A stretch of DNA of 64,000 nucleotides from Actinomycetota bacterium (GCA_009699015.1 WLOY01000002.1:334-64333); one strand, 5' to 3'. Positions 18,291-27,759 are shown, counted from the first letter of the stretch. Made by a program: numbers and translations. The notes: generated by a model from the letters alone, not told the origin.

Positions 18291-20411
18291 TCAGGCGTCG
18301 ATGCGATCGCGGTCCAGGCCCGACGCCCCTTCGACGATGAACTCCTTGCGCGGGGCGACATCGTTGCCCATGAGCAAGTCGAACACCTCACGGGCGGACT
18401 CGGCATCCCGCATCGTGATTCGCCGAAGGGTCCGATATGCAGGATCCATCGTTGTCTCGCGCAGTTGGGAGGCGTCCATCTCGCCGAGGCCCTTGTAGCG
18501 CTGCACTGGGTCCTTCACCTTCCGACCGCGCTTGTGCGCGTCGGCGAGAACGGCCTTCATCTCGGCATCGGAGTAGGTGTAGATCACCTCGTTGGCCTTG
18601 CTGCCTGCGTTGACGATCTCGACGCGGTGGAGCGGTGGCACGGCCGCGAAGACCCGGCCGGCGTCGAGCAGGGGCCGCAGGTAGGAGTGGATGAGCGTGA
18701 GGAGGAGGCATCGAATGTGAGCGCCGTCGACGTCAGCGTCCGACATCAAGATCACCTTGCCGTACCTGGCCTGATCGATTGCGAAGGAACGACCGGAACC
18801 CGCGCCGATCACCTGGATGATGGAAGCGCACTCCGCGTTCTTCAGCATGTCCGAGAGCGATGACTTCTGGACGTTGAGGATCTTGCCGCGAATCGGCAGC
18901 AGAGCCTGGTAATCCGAGCTTCGTGCGGTCTTGGCCGTGCCAAGCGCGCTATCGCCCTCGACGATGAACAGCTCACTTCGCTCGACCTCGTCGCTCCGGC
19001 AGTCGACGAGCTTCGCGGGCAGCGCGGAGGACTCGAGGGCGGTCTTGCGCCGCTGAGTATCGCGATGAGCGCGCGCCGACACCCTGGCGCGCATCCCGTT
19101 CGCGATCTTGTCCAAGACGGCCTTTGTCGCCGCCTTGTCGCCGCGGGGCGGCGACGCGAACCAGGAGGCGAGTTCCTTGGCCACCACGTTTCCGACGATG
19201 CGCGACGCCGCCGGCGTGCCGAGCACCTCCTTCGTCTGCCCTTCGAACTGCGGCTCGGCCAGCCTGATCGTGACGACGGCGGTCATTCCCTCGAGGCAGT
19301 CGTCCTTCGAGACGTTGTCCTCGCTGGCACGCAGCACCTTCGCTGCCCGGAGCTGATCATTGAGCACCTTGACGAGGGATCGCTCGAAACCGGCGATGTG
19401 GGTTCCGCCCTTCGGTGTCGCAATGACGTTGACGAATGATCGGATGTTGCTGTCGTAGCCGGTGTCCCAGCGCAGGGCGATGTCGACGCCCAGCTCACGA
19501 TCGACCTCCTCGGGGGTCATGTGTCCCTTGTCGTCGAGGACCGGGACTGTCTCGTGGAAGTGGCCGCTGCCCTGGAGCCGGATCACCGGGGAGACGGCTT
19601 CCCCGCTCGAGATCGCCTCGACGTACTCGCCGATGCCTCCCTTGTGCTGGAAGGTCTCCTCGAGCAGATCGGCGGCATCGCGGTTGTCGTGGATGGAGAT
19701 CGTGAGCCCCGGGACAAGGAAGGTGCTCTGGACGGCGCGCTCGCGCAGGGCCTCGCGGTCGTAGGCCGCATCCTTGGTGAAGACCTGCTTGTCGGCCCAC
19801 CAGCGGACCCTGGTCCCGGTGCGCGTGCGCGGGCAGGTGCCGCAGATCGTCAGTCCGCCCTTCTTGGTGAAGTCGGCCAACTCGTCGAGCCCATCGAACA
19901 TGCCTGGGACCCCACGGCGGAAGGACATCCCGTGCACCTTTCCCCCGCGGTCCACCTCGACGTCAAGACGGCTGGACAGCGCGTTCACGACGGAGGCTCC
20001 CACCCCGTGCAGGCCCCCGGACGCGTTGTAGGAACCCCCGCCGAACTTGCCGCCCGCGTGGAGCTTGGTGAGCACCACCTCGACGCCGGTCAGCTTCGTC
20101 TTCTTCTCGATGTCAACGGGGATACCGCGGCCGTTATCGGCCACCTCGGCGGAACCGTCGGGGTGCAGGGTGATGATGATCTTCGAGCAGTGGCCGCCGA
20201 GGGCCTCGTCGACGGAATTGTCGACGATCTCCCACAGGCAGTGCATGAGCCCCCGGCCGTCATTTGACCCGATGTACATGCCGGGGCGCTTTCGCACCGC
20301 CTCGAGGCCCTCGAGAACAGCAAGATTCTTCGCCGAGTATCCCTCGGCCGAATCCTTCTTCGCGCTCGTGGACGAGACGGCACGGGGGGACCGAGCGGGG
20401 GTCGTGGCCAT
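18291..20411 (-). CDS. parE: DNA topoisomerase IV subunit B (GyrB/ParE family)
   Basis: LEGLEAVRKRPGMYIGS, the GHKL ATPase motifs, the Toprim motif EL.IVEGDSA and PL.GKILNV are present. Confidence 0.88.
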   Translation of the reverse strand: MATTPARSPRAVSSTSAKKDSAEGYSAKNLAVLEGLEAVRKRPGMYIGSNDGRGLMHCLWEIVDNSVDEALGGHCSKIIITLHPDGSAEVADNGRGIPVDIEKKTKLTGVEVVLTKLHAGGKFGGGSYNASGGLHGVGASVVNALSSRLDVEVDRGGKVHGMSFRRGVPGMFDGLDELADFTKKGGLTICGTCPRTRTGTRVRWWADKQVFTKDAAYDREALRERAVQSTFLVPGLTISIHDNRDAADLLEETFQHKGGIGEYVEAISSGEAVSPVIRLQGSGHFHETVPVLDDKGHMTPEEVDRELGVDIALRWDTGYDSNIRSFVNVIATPKGGTHIAGFERSLVKVLNDQLRAAKVLRASEDNVSKDDCLEGMTAVVTIRLAEPQFEGQTKEVLGTPAASRIVGNVVAKELASWFASPPRGDKAATKAVLDKIANGMRARVSARAHRDTQRRKTALESSALPAKLVDCRSDEVERSELFIVEGDSALGTAKTARSSDYQALLPIRGKILNVQKSSLSDMLKNAECASIIQVIGAGSGRSFAIDQARYGKVILMSDADVDGAHIRCLLLTLIHSYLRPLLDAGRVFAAVPPLHRVEIVNAGSKANEVIYTYSDAEMKAVLADAHKRGRKVKDPVQRYKGLGEMDASQLRETTMDPAYRTLRRITMRDAESAREVFDLLMGNDVAPRKEFIVEGASGLDRDRIDA

Positions 20412-20606
20412 GCCGTCAACCTATCGACCGGCACTGACACTGGCCCACGCCTAGGATTCGTGTCGCCAGATGTGTGAGTCCCCTCACATGATCGCGTTCG
20501 CTTTAGGTGAACCTTCCCGGCGCGCCGACACGGGAACAAGCCGGGGGTGGGACACTGTTGTACAGAACGAGGGTCACCAACCGGATGATCTCGATCGACA
20601 GCGGAG

Positions 20607-20837
20607 GTGCTCACGTCCATGACAACCACGATGACTGCGCCGGCACTTAGTACGACAGACCGATGCGACCGCTGCGCCGCACAGGCGTACGTTCGCGTCG
20701 TGCTCCCCGGCGGCGTTGACCTGCTCTTCTGCGGCCATCACTGGACCCGCCACGAGCCGGTCCTTCGCGCCCAGGCTGTCGAGGTAGTCGACGAGACCCA
20801 CCGGCTCACCGCGGTTCCCGCTTCAGACAATCGCTGA
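20607..20837 (+). CDS. DUF7455 domain protein (small Cys4/His protein)
   Basis: DRCDRCAAQAYVRVVLPGG.DLLFCGHH matches the small conserved actinobacterial protein found near the principal sigma factor. Confidence 0.7.
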   Translation: MLTSMTTTMTAPALSTTDRCDRCAAQAYVRVVLPGGVDLLFCGHHWTRHEPVLRAQAVEVVDETHRLTAVPASDNR

Positions 20838-20852
20838 GGTACCGAACCCCTG

Positions 20853-21635
20853 ATGTCACTCCTGCGTATCGAGGCTTCAGAGCACGTCACCACGCTCGTC
20901 ATCTCAAATGCGCAGCAGCGCAATGCGCTGTCGAGCAGCCTGCTCCGCGAACTCATCGACGCCCTCATCTCCGCTGAGGCGAGGGCGACTCGCGCGATCA
21001 TCATTCGTGCCGAGGCAGGCGTAACCACCTGGTCCGCAGGCCACGACATCAGCGAACTCCCCGCCAATGGAACCGATCCGCTCACCTGGTCCAATCCACT
21101 CGAGGAGCTCTTCCGGACCATCAGGCGGGCGCCCTTCCCTGTCATCGCCGCAGTCGAGGGCGGAGTCTGGGGCGGCGCATGCGATCTCGTCCTCACCTGC
21201 GATCTCGTCGTGGCGATGCGAACCGCCAGTTTCGCGATCACTCCCGTGAAACTCGGCGTTCCCTACAACACCGCAGGCGTCGCCCACTTCGTGAGCGGGC
21301 TGCCCCTGAACATCGCCAAGGAGATGTTCTTCACCGCGAATCCGCTCACCGCCGAGCAGATGGCGGCCTTCGGCGTCGTGAACAGGCTCGTCTCGAGCGA
21401 GCCGGAGCTCACGAGCGAGGCAGGCGTCCTGGCCACCCGCATCGCCTCGCTCGCACCCCTGGCGATTTGCGCGATCAAGGCCGAGATGAGCGCGCTCACC
21501 GATGCATCCCCGCTCACGAGCAGCACCTTCGAGCATCTCACCAGCCGCCGCAATGCCGCCTGGCGGAGCGACGACTACCGCGAGGGAATCGCGGCCTTCA
21601 ACGAGCGCCGGACCCCGAACTTCACCGGGAAGTAG
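20853..21635 (+). CDS. Enoyl-CoA hydratase/isomerase (crotonase) family, methylmalonyl-CoA decarboxylase-like
   Basis: Crotonase fold motifs are present: NALS, W.AGHDISEL and AAVEGGVWGGACDL. Confidence 0.8.
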   Translation: MSLLRIEASEHVTTLVISNAQQRNALSSSLLRELIDALISAEARATRAIIIRAEAGVTTWSAGHDISELPANGTDPLTWSNPLEELFRTIRRAPFPVIAAVEGGVWGGACDLVLTCDLVVAMRTASFAITPVKLGVPYNTAGVAHFVSGLPLNIAKEMFFTANPLTAEQMAAFGVVNRLVSSEPELTSEAGVLATRIASLAPLAICAIKAEMSALTDASPLTSSTFEHLTSRRNAAWRSDDYREGIAAFNERRTPNFTGK

Positions 21636-21655
21636 CCGTCCGACGCCCCCCTCGA

Positions 21656-23107
21656 CTAGTCGAGGTAGTCGCGCAGCACCTGCGACCGCGAAGGGTGCCG
21701 AAGCTTCGACATCGTCTTGCTCTCGATCTGCCTGATCCGCTCACGCGTGACCCCGTACACCTTGCCGATCTCGTCGAGGGTCTTCGGCTGGCCGTCGGTG
21801 AGGCCGAATCGCATGCGGACCACCCCTGCCTCGCGGTCGGACAGGGTGTCGAGCACCGACTCGAGTTGCTCCTGCAGGAGGGTGAACGACACGGCATCTG
21901 ACGGGACGATGGCCTCGGAGTCCTCGATAAGGTCGCCGAACTCGCTGTCGCCCTCCTCGCCAAGCGGCGTATGGAGCGAGATGGGCTCACGTCCGTACTT
22001 CTGCACCTCGACGACCTTCTCGGGCGTCATGTCGAGTTCCTTGGCCAGCTCCTCCGGCGTCGGCTCGCGGCCGAGATCCTGGAGCATCTGCCGCTGCACG
22101 CGCGCGAGTTTGTTGATGACCTCGACCATGTGGACGGGAATGCGAATCGTCCGCGCCTGATCGGCCATGGCCCGGGTGATCGCCTGCCTGATCCACCAGG
22201 TTGCGTAGGTCGAGAACTTGTAGCCCTTGGTGTAGTCGAACTTCTCGACGGCCCGGATGAGGCCGAGGTTGCCCTCTTGGATGAGGTCGAGGAAGAGCAT
22301 GCCCCGGCCCGTGTAACGCTTGGCCAAGGACACGACAAGGCGCAGGTTTGCCTCGAGCAGGTGGTTCTTCGCCCGACGGCCGTCCTCTGCAATCCACTCG
22401 AGATCGCGCTGCATTTTCTTGTCGAGCTTCTTTTTCGGCTCGTTCAGCTTCTCCTCGGCGAACAGGCCCGCCTCAATGCGCTTGGCCAGTTCGACCTCCT
22501 GCTCCGCGTTGAGGAGCGGAACCTTGCCGATCTGCTTGAGGTAGTCCTTGACGGGATCTGCAGTTGCCCCCGCCACGGTGACCGTCTGCACGGGCTCGTC
22601 GGTATCGTCGACGTCGGAGATGGTGAAGCCCTGCTCCTCGGCTTCGACGGCCGGCTTCTCCTCCTCGACATCAGCCTCTGCCTCAACCTCTGCGATATCG
22701 ACAGCGATATCCGCCTCGAGATCCTTCTCCAGCACCGCCACGGCCTCGAGCTCGGCCTCCGGCACATCATCAGCATCAATCGCGACGAGGCCGTCCTCGG
22801 TCTCGAGCACCTCGACGAAGACCTCTTCCGACGGCGCATCCGCTGAAGCCAGCGCACCAGCCGTCTTCTTCGCGGGGGCAGCCTTCTTCGCTCCAGCTTT
22901 CTTGGCCGCGGGAGCCGCCTTCTTCACCGGGGCTGCCTTCTTCGCCGCGGCTGCTTTCACCGGGGCTGCCTTCTTCTCCGCGGCTGCTTTCACCGGGGCT
23001 GCCTTCTTGGCCGCCGGAGTCGCCTTCTTCACGGTCGGTGCGCTGCCAGTGCTCTTCGCTGATGCCATTGACGCGTCGTTGCCCTTCTCACGGTTTCCCC
23101 ACGACAA
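21656..23107 (-). CDS. rpoD: Principal RNA polymerase sigma-70 factor (RpoD/SigA/HrdB type)
   Basis: Regions 1.2 to 4 are readable: [60 protein letters not shown] and [11 protein letters not shown]. The N-terminus is Lys/Ala-rich and acidic. Confidence 0.95.
   Translation of the reverse strand: MSWGNREKGNDASMASAKSTGSAPTVKKATPAAKKAAPVKAAAEKKAAPVKAAAAKKAAPVKKAAPAAKKAGAKKAAPAKKTAGALASADAPSEEVFVEVLETEDGLVAIDADDVPEAELEAVAVLEKDLEADIAVDIAEVEAEADVEEEKPAVEAEEQGFTISDVDDTDEPVQTVTVAGATADPVKDYLKQIGKVPLLNAEQEVELAKRIEAGLFAEEKLNEPKKKLDKKMQRDLEWIAEDGRRAKNHLLEANLRLVVSLAKRYTGRGMLFLDLIQEGNLGLIRAVEKFDYTKGYKFSTYATWWIRQAITRAMADQARTIRIPVHMVEVINKLARVQRQMLQDLGREPTPEELAKELDMTPEKVVEVQKYGREPISLHTPLGEEGDSEFGDLIEDSEAIVPSDAVSFTLLQEQLESVLDTLSDREAGVVRMRFGLTDGQPKTLDEIGKVYGVTRERIRQIESKTMSKLRHPSRSQVLRDYLD
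22925..23008. repeat. 33-bp in-frame tandem repeat (2.5 copies) inside the rpoD N-terminal region
   Basis: Units at 22925-22957 and 22958-22990 differ by 1 mismatch, and 18 nt of a third unit follow. They encode KAAA(E/A)KKAAPV. Confidence 0.9.
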
Positions 23108-23204
23108 GAGCCCGTGTCAAGCCGGAAGGCTTGGACGGGCCGTGAGGAGCACTCTCATTGTGTCACTCGATCCATCGTCCTGTCGCGCCGGGGGGCTCCA
23201 GCGG

Positions 23205-24110
23205 TCACGGAACGAGTACCGCCCGCGCCTGGCCGACCATCAGGACGGCCCCGGCCGTCTGCGTCACGGGGAGGGAAACCTGAAATGGGCCGAGCTCGTC
23301 GATCATGTAGCTCGCACTCCAGGTCGTCGTCACGCGCACCTGCATCCGCCCCCCTCGGGAGTACGTGTGCGACACCGTGCGGTCAGGGTAGGTGCTCCCG
23401 GGAATTGACGTTCGAAGGGATGTCCCGTCGCCGAAATCCCAGTTCCAGCTCGGCCGTGGGTAGAGGGTCACGCTCACGCCGTTGATGACATGGTCGCTCG
23501 CAGGCAGCCCGGACGGCTGGGTGGAGTGGAAGATCACCGGCAGGTAGGGCAGCACGCCCTGTCGAGGCTGATGGGTAAGCCCTGTGGCCGGGATCGCCCG
23601 CTCGAATTCCTCCGAGACCGACGAACCGACCTCCGCGACGGTCACCGGGCCGCCCGGGGGAATGCACACCAGGCCGAGATCACGCCAGGTCGCTCCCCCG
23701 TCATCCGATAGCCACACGCGCAGCAACTGCGCTGAACGGGCGCAGCCACGGGTGACGCTCATGCAGGCGGCATGGGCGCCGTCGTCTGGAGAACCGGCGC
23801 AGGGATCTGCCAGCCGCCATCGGCAGCCGGCGCAGGTGGCCACGCGCTGCCGGGTCTCGCGACCGACCGTCCCGGGCAGGACCAAGCCGCCGGATCCGAC
23901 GAAGCGATCGCCCGCATCGTCACCGACGACATCCACCGATGCCAGGCGCGAAGCCGCTGGATGACCCATGGGTGCCGCCGCTGCCGGTGCTGCGAACGGA
24001 ATCATGGACGCGACGAGGGCCAGGATCCCGCCAAGCAGGGCCATCGCGGTCAGGTGGGCTGAGGGCGCGGCAGGTGCAGGTGACGGGGACTGCTGGGACG
24101 CATGGCGCAT
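23205..24110 (-). CDS. Secreted hypothetical protein with C-terminal PKD-like domain
   Basis: Signal-like segment MALLGGILALVASMIPFAAPAAAAP, a Cys-rich middle region and a WDFGDGT...H.Y PKD-type motif. The start may be 24044. Confidence 0.55.
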   Translation of the reverse strand: MRHASQQSPSPAPAAPSAHLTAMALLGGILALVASMIPFAAPAAAAPMGHPAASRLASVDVVGDDAGDRFVGSGGLVLPGTVGRETRQRVATCAGCRWRLADPCAGSPDDGAHAACMSVTRGCARSAQLLRVWLSDDGGATWRDLGLVCIPPGGPVTVAEVGSSVSEEFERAIPATGLTHQPRQGVLPYLPVIFHSTQPSGLPASDHVINGVSVTLYPRPSWNWDFGDGTSLRTSIPGSTYPDRTVSHTYSRGGRMQVRVTTTWSASYMIDELGPFQVSLPVTQTAGAVLMVGQARAVLVP

Positions 24111-24200
24111 GCAGGCACGCTAGGCGCTCACCCTCCTCACTGCCCAGCCGACGGCAACGGCTGTGGATAACCAGGCGAGTCGGCGTCTGGACCTGCACGG

Positions 24201-24974
24201 TCACGAGGAGCGCGGCGTCTCCTCCACTTCGATGCCAGCCCGGAGCAAACCCCGCTCGAGGGACTCCACGACCGTCTCGACGACCTTGACTCGGGCATGC
24301 CGCTTGTCGTTCGCCTCGACCACGGTCCAGGGCGCGAACGAAGTATCCGTCCGCTCGAGCATCTCGGTCACCGCCGACTCGTACTCCGAGCGCTTCTCCC
24401 GATTGCGCCAGTCCTCCTCGGTGAGCTTCCATCGCTTCACGGGCTCCTGCTCCCTCGCGGTGAACCGTCGAAGTTGCTCGTCATGCGAGATGTGCATCCA
24501 GAACTTGACGAGGACCATGCCCTCGTCGGTCAGCATGCGCTCGAAGGACTTGATCTCGTCGTATGCGCGACGCCACTGGTCCTCGGTCGCGAAGCCCTCG
24601 ACCCGCTCGACGAGCACCCGTCCGTACCAACTGCGGTCCAGGACGCCCATGCCGCCCCAGCCAGGCAGCTGGGGCCAGAACCGGGTGAGGAAGTGGTGCC
24701 GCTTCTCGTCGTAGGTCGGTGCCGCAATCGACACGACGCGTACATGCCGTGGATCGAGCGGCTCGACGACTCGCTTGATCGCGCCCCCCTTTCCTGACGC
24801 ATCCCACCCTTCGAACACAAGGCACAGCGGCGGACCGAGGACTCCCGAGGCGTCGTAGATGCCACCGGCGAGCAATCGCAGGTACAGCAGGCGATCCTGG
24901 GCCGCGGAGAGCCTTCGCGCCTCCTCATCGCGGGAGAGCTTCTTGGTCAGGTCGAAGGTGTCGAGGAGTCCCAT
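24201..24974 (-). CDS. Polyphosphate kinase 2 family protein (short, single-domain; PAP/PPK2-related subfamily)
   Basis: FEGWDASGKGG Walker A, the DRSWY motif and the lid region KRWKL..EDW are present. Confidence 0.85.
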   Translation of the reverse strand: MGLLDTFDLTKKLSRDEEARRLSAAQDRLLYLRLLAGGIYDASGVLGPPLCLVFEGWDASGKGGAIKRVVEPLDPRHVRVVSIAAPTYDEKRHHFLTRFWPQLPGWGGMGVLDRSWYGRVLVERVEGFATEDQWRRAYDEIKSFERMLTDEGMVLVKFWMHISHDEQLRRFTAREQEPVKRWKLTEEDWRNREKRSEYESAVTEMLERTDTSFAPWTVVEANDKRHARVKVVETVVESLERGLLRAGIEVEETPRSS

Positions 24975-25019
24975 GGGACAGATACTGCACGATCGGCAGA
25001 TGCTTGGTGGCGAACTGCC

Positions 25020-26210
25020 TCAGGCATCCGAGCGAGCAGCCCCTTCGACGGCAAGGTGGACGAAGCTGGCCACCTGATCGTCCTCGACGAGGAAACCGTC
25101 GTGCCCGTGCAGGCTGTGCACGATATGCAGCGCATCGGCCCCCGGTACGAGGTCGACGATTTGCTGCTGCTGCGCAACGGGAAAGAGCCGGTCCGAGTCG
25201 ATCCCGACGACCGTCAGCGGGACCGTGATCGATCCGAGGGCCTTCTCGAGGCCGCCGCGACCTCGGCCGACGTCGAACAGGCTCATCGCGTCGGTGAGCG
25301 CGACGTAGGTGTTCGCATCGAATCGGCGCGCGAGCTTCTCTGCGTGGTGGTCGAGGTAGGAACCGATGGCGAACCGGCCGGAGCGCTTGCCCTGTGCCCA
25401 GTCGAAGGGGTCCTCGCCGGGCTGGGTGGTCCGCGCGAATCGCTCATTCAGCTCGGTGGCGCTTCGGTAGGTGAGGTGGGCGATGCGACGCGCGACGCCC
25501 ATCCCGGCGTGGGGTCCCTCCCCGTCGGGCATGCCGTAGTAGTCGCCCCCGCGGAATCGCGGATCGGCATAGATGGCCGACAACTGCGTCTCGTGGGTAC
25601 CGATCTGGTCGGCGTCGACGGCCGCCGTCGTGCCGAGGACGAGGCCGCCGCGCACCCGCCCCGGATGGCCGACGAGCCACTCGAGCACCCTCATCCCGCC
25701 GAGCGACGGGCCGAGCATGAGCGCCCACGAGTCGATGCCGAGTTCGTCGGCGACGCGGACCTCGATCTCGACCATGTCACCCACGGTGATCGTGGGGAAT
25801 CGACTCCCCCACGGACGACCGGCGCCGTCGAGCGACGACGGTCCTGTCGTGCCCTGGCAGCCGCCGAGCACGTTCGCGCACACGACGAACCAGCGATCGG
25901 TGTCGATGGCGCGCCCTGGGCCGACGAGGCTGTCCCACCAGCCACCAGTCTTGTGACCGGCACCAGCCGGGCCGGCCACGTGGGAGTCGCCGGTCAGCGC
26001 ATGGCAGACGTAGACGCCGTTGGACCGCTGCGCGTTCAGGGTCCCCCACGTCTCGTAGGCGACGCGCACGCTCGGGAACGTGAAGCCCGATTCGGTGGTG
26101 TAGGGGCCGAGGTCGAGGAACCGCCGCTCCCCCACCGGGTCTGCCTCCTGCCAGGCGGCGCTGGCAGGAGGCAGACCTTCGTAGGTGAGTTCACCGTACG
26201 ACGAAGCCAT
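25020..26210 (-). CDS. metX: Homoserine O-acetyltransferase
   Basis: The alpha/beta-hydrolase motif GPSLGGM and the typical start YETWGTLN...N.V.VCHALTG are present. It lies 3 nt downstream of metY. Confidence 0.9.
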   Translation of the reverse strand: MASSYGELTYEGLPPASAAWQEADPVGERRFLDLGPYTTESGFTFPSVRVAYETWGTLNAQRSNGVYVCHALTGDSHVAGPAGAGHKTGGWWDSLVGPGRAIDTDRWFVVCANVLGGCQGTTGPSSLDGAGRPWGSRFPTITVGDMVEIEVRVADELGIDSWALMLGPSLGGMRVLEWLVGHPGRVRGGLVLGTTAAVDADQIGTHETQLSAIYADPRFRGGDYYGMPDGEGPHAGMGVARRIAHLTYRSATELNERFARTTQPGEDPFDWAQGKRSGRFAIGSYLDHHAEKLARRFDANTYVALTDAMSLFDVGRGRGGLEKALGSITVPLTVVGIDSDRLFPVAQQQQIVDLVPGADALHIVHSLHGHDGFLVEDDQVASFVHLAVEGAARSDA

Positions 26211-26213
26211 GTG

Positions 26214-27527
26214 TTAGGCCTTCGTCGCCGCGAAGCCCGTCTCGAGGTCGGCAAGGATGTCCGCCTTGGCCTCGAGGCCGACCGCGAGGCGGACGAGGCC
26301 CGGGGTCACCCCCGATGCTGCCTGCTCCTCTGGCGTCAACTGCGAATGAGTCGTCGAGGCAGGGTGGATGACGAGACTGCGAACGTCGCCGATGTTCGCG
26401 ACGTGGCTGTGGAGGACGAGGCCTTCGACGAACTTCTTGCCGGCCTCAAGCCCGCCGACGATCTCGAAGGACAGCACGCCGCCGGTGCCGCGAGGCGCGT
26501 ACTTCTTGCCGAGCGCATGCCAAGGACTCGACGAGAGCCCGGCGTAGTTGACCGAGACGACCTCGGGACGAGCCTCGAGCCAGGTCGCCACCGCAAGGGC
26601 GTTGTCGACGTGGCGCTCCATCCGCAGCGAGAGCGTCTCCAGGCCCTGGGCGATGAGCCAGGCGTTGAACGGCGCCACAGCGGCGCCGAGATCCCGCAGG
26701 AGTTGCACCCGGGCCTTGAGGATGAACGCGAGGTTGACCCCGAACGCTCCGCCCACGCCGAGGTCCCGTGCATAGACGAGGCCGTGGTAGCTCGGGTCAG
26801 GGGTGTTGTAGTTCGGGAAGCGCTCCGGGTACTGGGCGTAGTCGAATGAGCCGCCGTCGACGATGACGCCAGCGACCGCGGTTCCGTGGCCGCCCATGTA
26901 CTTGGTCGCCGAGTGGACGACGATGTCAGCACCCCACTCGAGGGGCCGGATGAGGAACGGGGTTGCCACGGTGTTGTCGATGATGAGCGGAACCCCGAGG
27001 GAATGCGCGACCTCCGCGACGGCCGCGATATCGAGCACATCGTTCTGCGGGTTGGAGATCGACTCCCCGTAGAAGGCCTTGGTGTTCGGTCGTGCCGCGG
27101 CGCGCCAGGACTCGGGATCGCCCGGATTCTCGACGAACGAAACCTCGATGCCGAACTTCGGCAGCGTGTAGTGGAAGAGGTTGTACGTGCCTCCGTAGAG
27201 CGACGGGCTCGAGACGACGTGATCGCCTGCCTCCGCGATGTTGAGGATCGCCAGGGTCTCGGCTGCCTGCCCGCTCGCGACGAGCAGCGCACCGACTCCG
27301 CCCTCGAGTGACGCAACGCGGTCCTCTACCGCCGCCTGGGTCGGATTCATGATGCGCGTGTAGATGTTGCCGAGTTCCTTCAGTGCGAACAGGTTGGCAG
27401 CGTGGTTCGTGTCATTGAAGGTGTACGAGGTTGTCTGGTAGATCGGCAGGGCCCGGGCGTTCGTGGCCGAGTCCGGGGATTGACCAGCGTGGATCTGCCG
27501 GGTTTCGAATGACCAGTCTTGTGACAT
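26214..27527 (-). CDS. metY: O-acetylhomoserine aminocarboxypropyltransferase / sulfhydrylase (PLP-dependent)
   Basis: Internal start MSQDWSFETRQIHAGQ, and the PLP lysine context HSATKYMGGHG. The 73-codon upstream extension of the track ORF covers a riboswitch and is rejected. Confidence 0.9.
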   Translation of the reverse strand: MSQDWSFETRQIHAGQSPDSATNARALPIYQTTSYTFNDTNHAANLFALKELGNIYTRIMNPTQAAVEDRVASLEGGVGALLVASGQAAETLAILNIAEAGDHVVSSPSLYGGTYNLFHYTLPKFGIEVSFVENPGDPESWRAAARPNTKAFYGESISNPQNDVLDIAAVAEVAHSLGVPLIIDNTVATPFLIRPLEWGADIVVHSATKYMGGHGTAVAGVIVDGGSFDYAQYPERFPNYNTPDPSYHGLVYARDLGVGGAFGVNLAFILKARVQLLRDLGAAVAPFNAWLIAQGLETLSLRMERHVDNALAVATWLEARPEVVSVNYAGLSSSPWHALGKKYAPRGTGGVLSFEIVGGLEAGKKFVEGLVLHSHVANIGDVRSLVIHPASTTHSQLTPEEQAASGVTPGLVRLAVGLEAKADILADLETGFAATKA

Positions 27528-27605
27528 GGGAGATGCCCTTCTCAATGCAAGGACGCCGAAACGACGTCGAACGGGTACGCCTTCACCGGGGCCCTGCGTG
27601 CGCAA

Positions 27606-27710
27606 GACCCGCGCTTGCCTCCGAGGAGGCCTGGTCTTCACCCGGAGCACCCCACCGCGGTGGAGGGTTGCCGGCCAGCTAGCCGGGGCTTTTCGCTGAC
27701 ACTCTTGACC
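27606..27710 (-). promoter_or_regulatory. SAM-IV riboswitch (S-adenosylmethionine)
   Basis: The minus-strand RNA reads GGUCAAGAGUGUCAGCGAAAAGCCCCGGCUAGCUGGCCGGCAACCCUCCACCGCGGUGGGGUGCUCCGGGUGAAGACCAGGCCUCCUCGGAGGCAAGCGCGGGUC. This is nearly identical in its conserved core to the SAM-IV aptamer sequence I recall from mycobacteria. It lies about 80 nt upstream of the metY ATG. Confidence 0.85.
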
Positions 27711-27759
27711 TGCAAGGAATAGTAGCGGCTGTTCCCGCGCCTGCAACAGGGGGTCCGGC

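Noticed and set aside
20473-20488. Hairpin TGTGAG-TCCC-CTCACA in the parE / DUF7455 intergenic region, considered as a 6C-type sRNA
   Set aside because: It is a single short stem with a 4-nt loop. The 6C RNA needs two hairpins with C-rich loops of 6 or more C. There is no supporting terminator, so at most it is a minor operator or hairpin.
25056-26849. 597-aa ORF on the plus strand across metX/metY
   Set aside because: It is antisense to two genes with unmistakable enzyme motifs. Its translation is Arg/Gly/Asp/Val-rich with no recognisable motifs, as expected for stop-poor shadow frames in GC-rich DNA.
27528-27746. 73-codon N-terminal extension of the metY track ORF
   Set aside because: The extension is translated straight through the SAM-IV riboswitch sequence. 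The conserved enzyme N-terminus starts at MSQDWSFETRQIHAGQ (27527).
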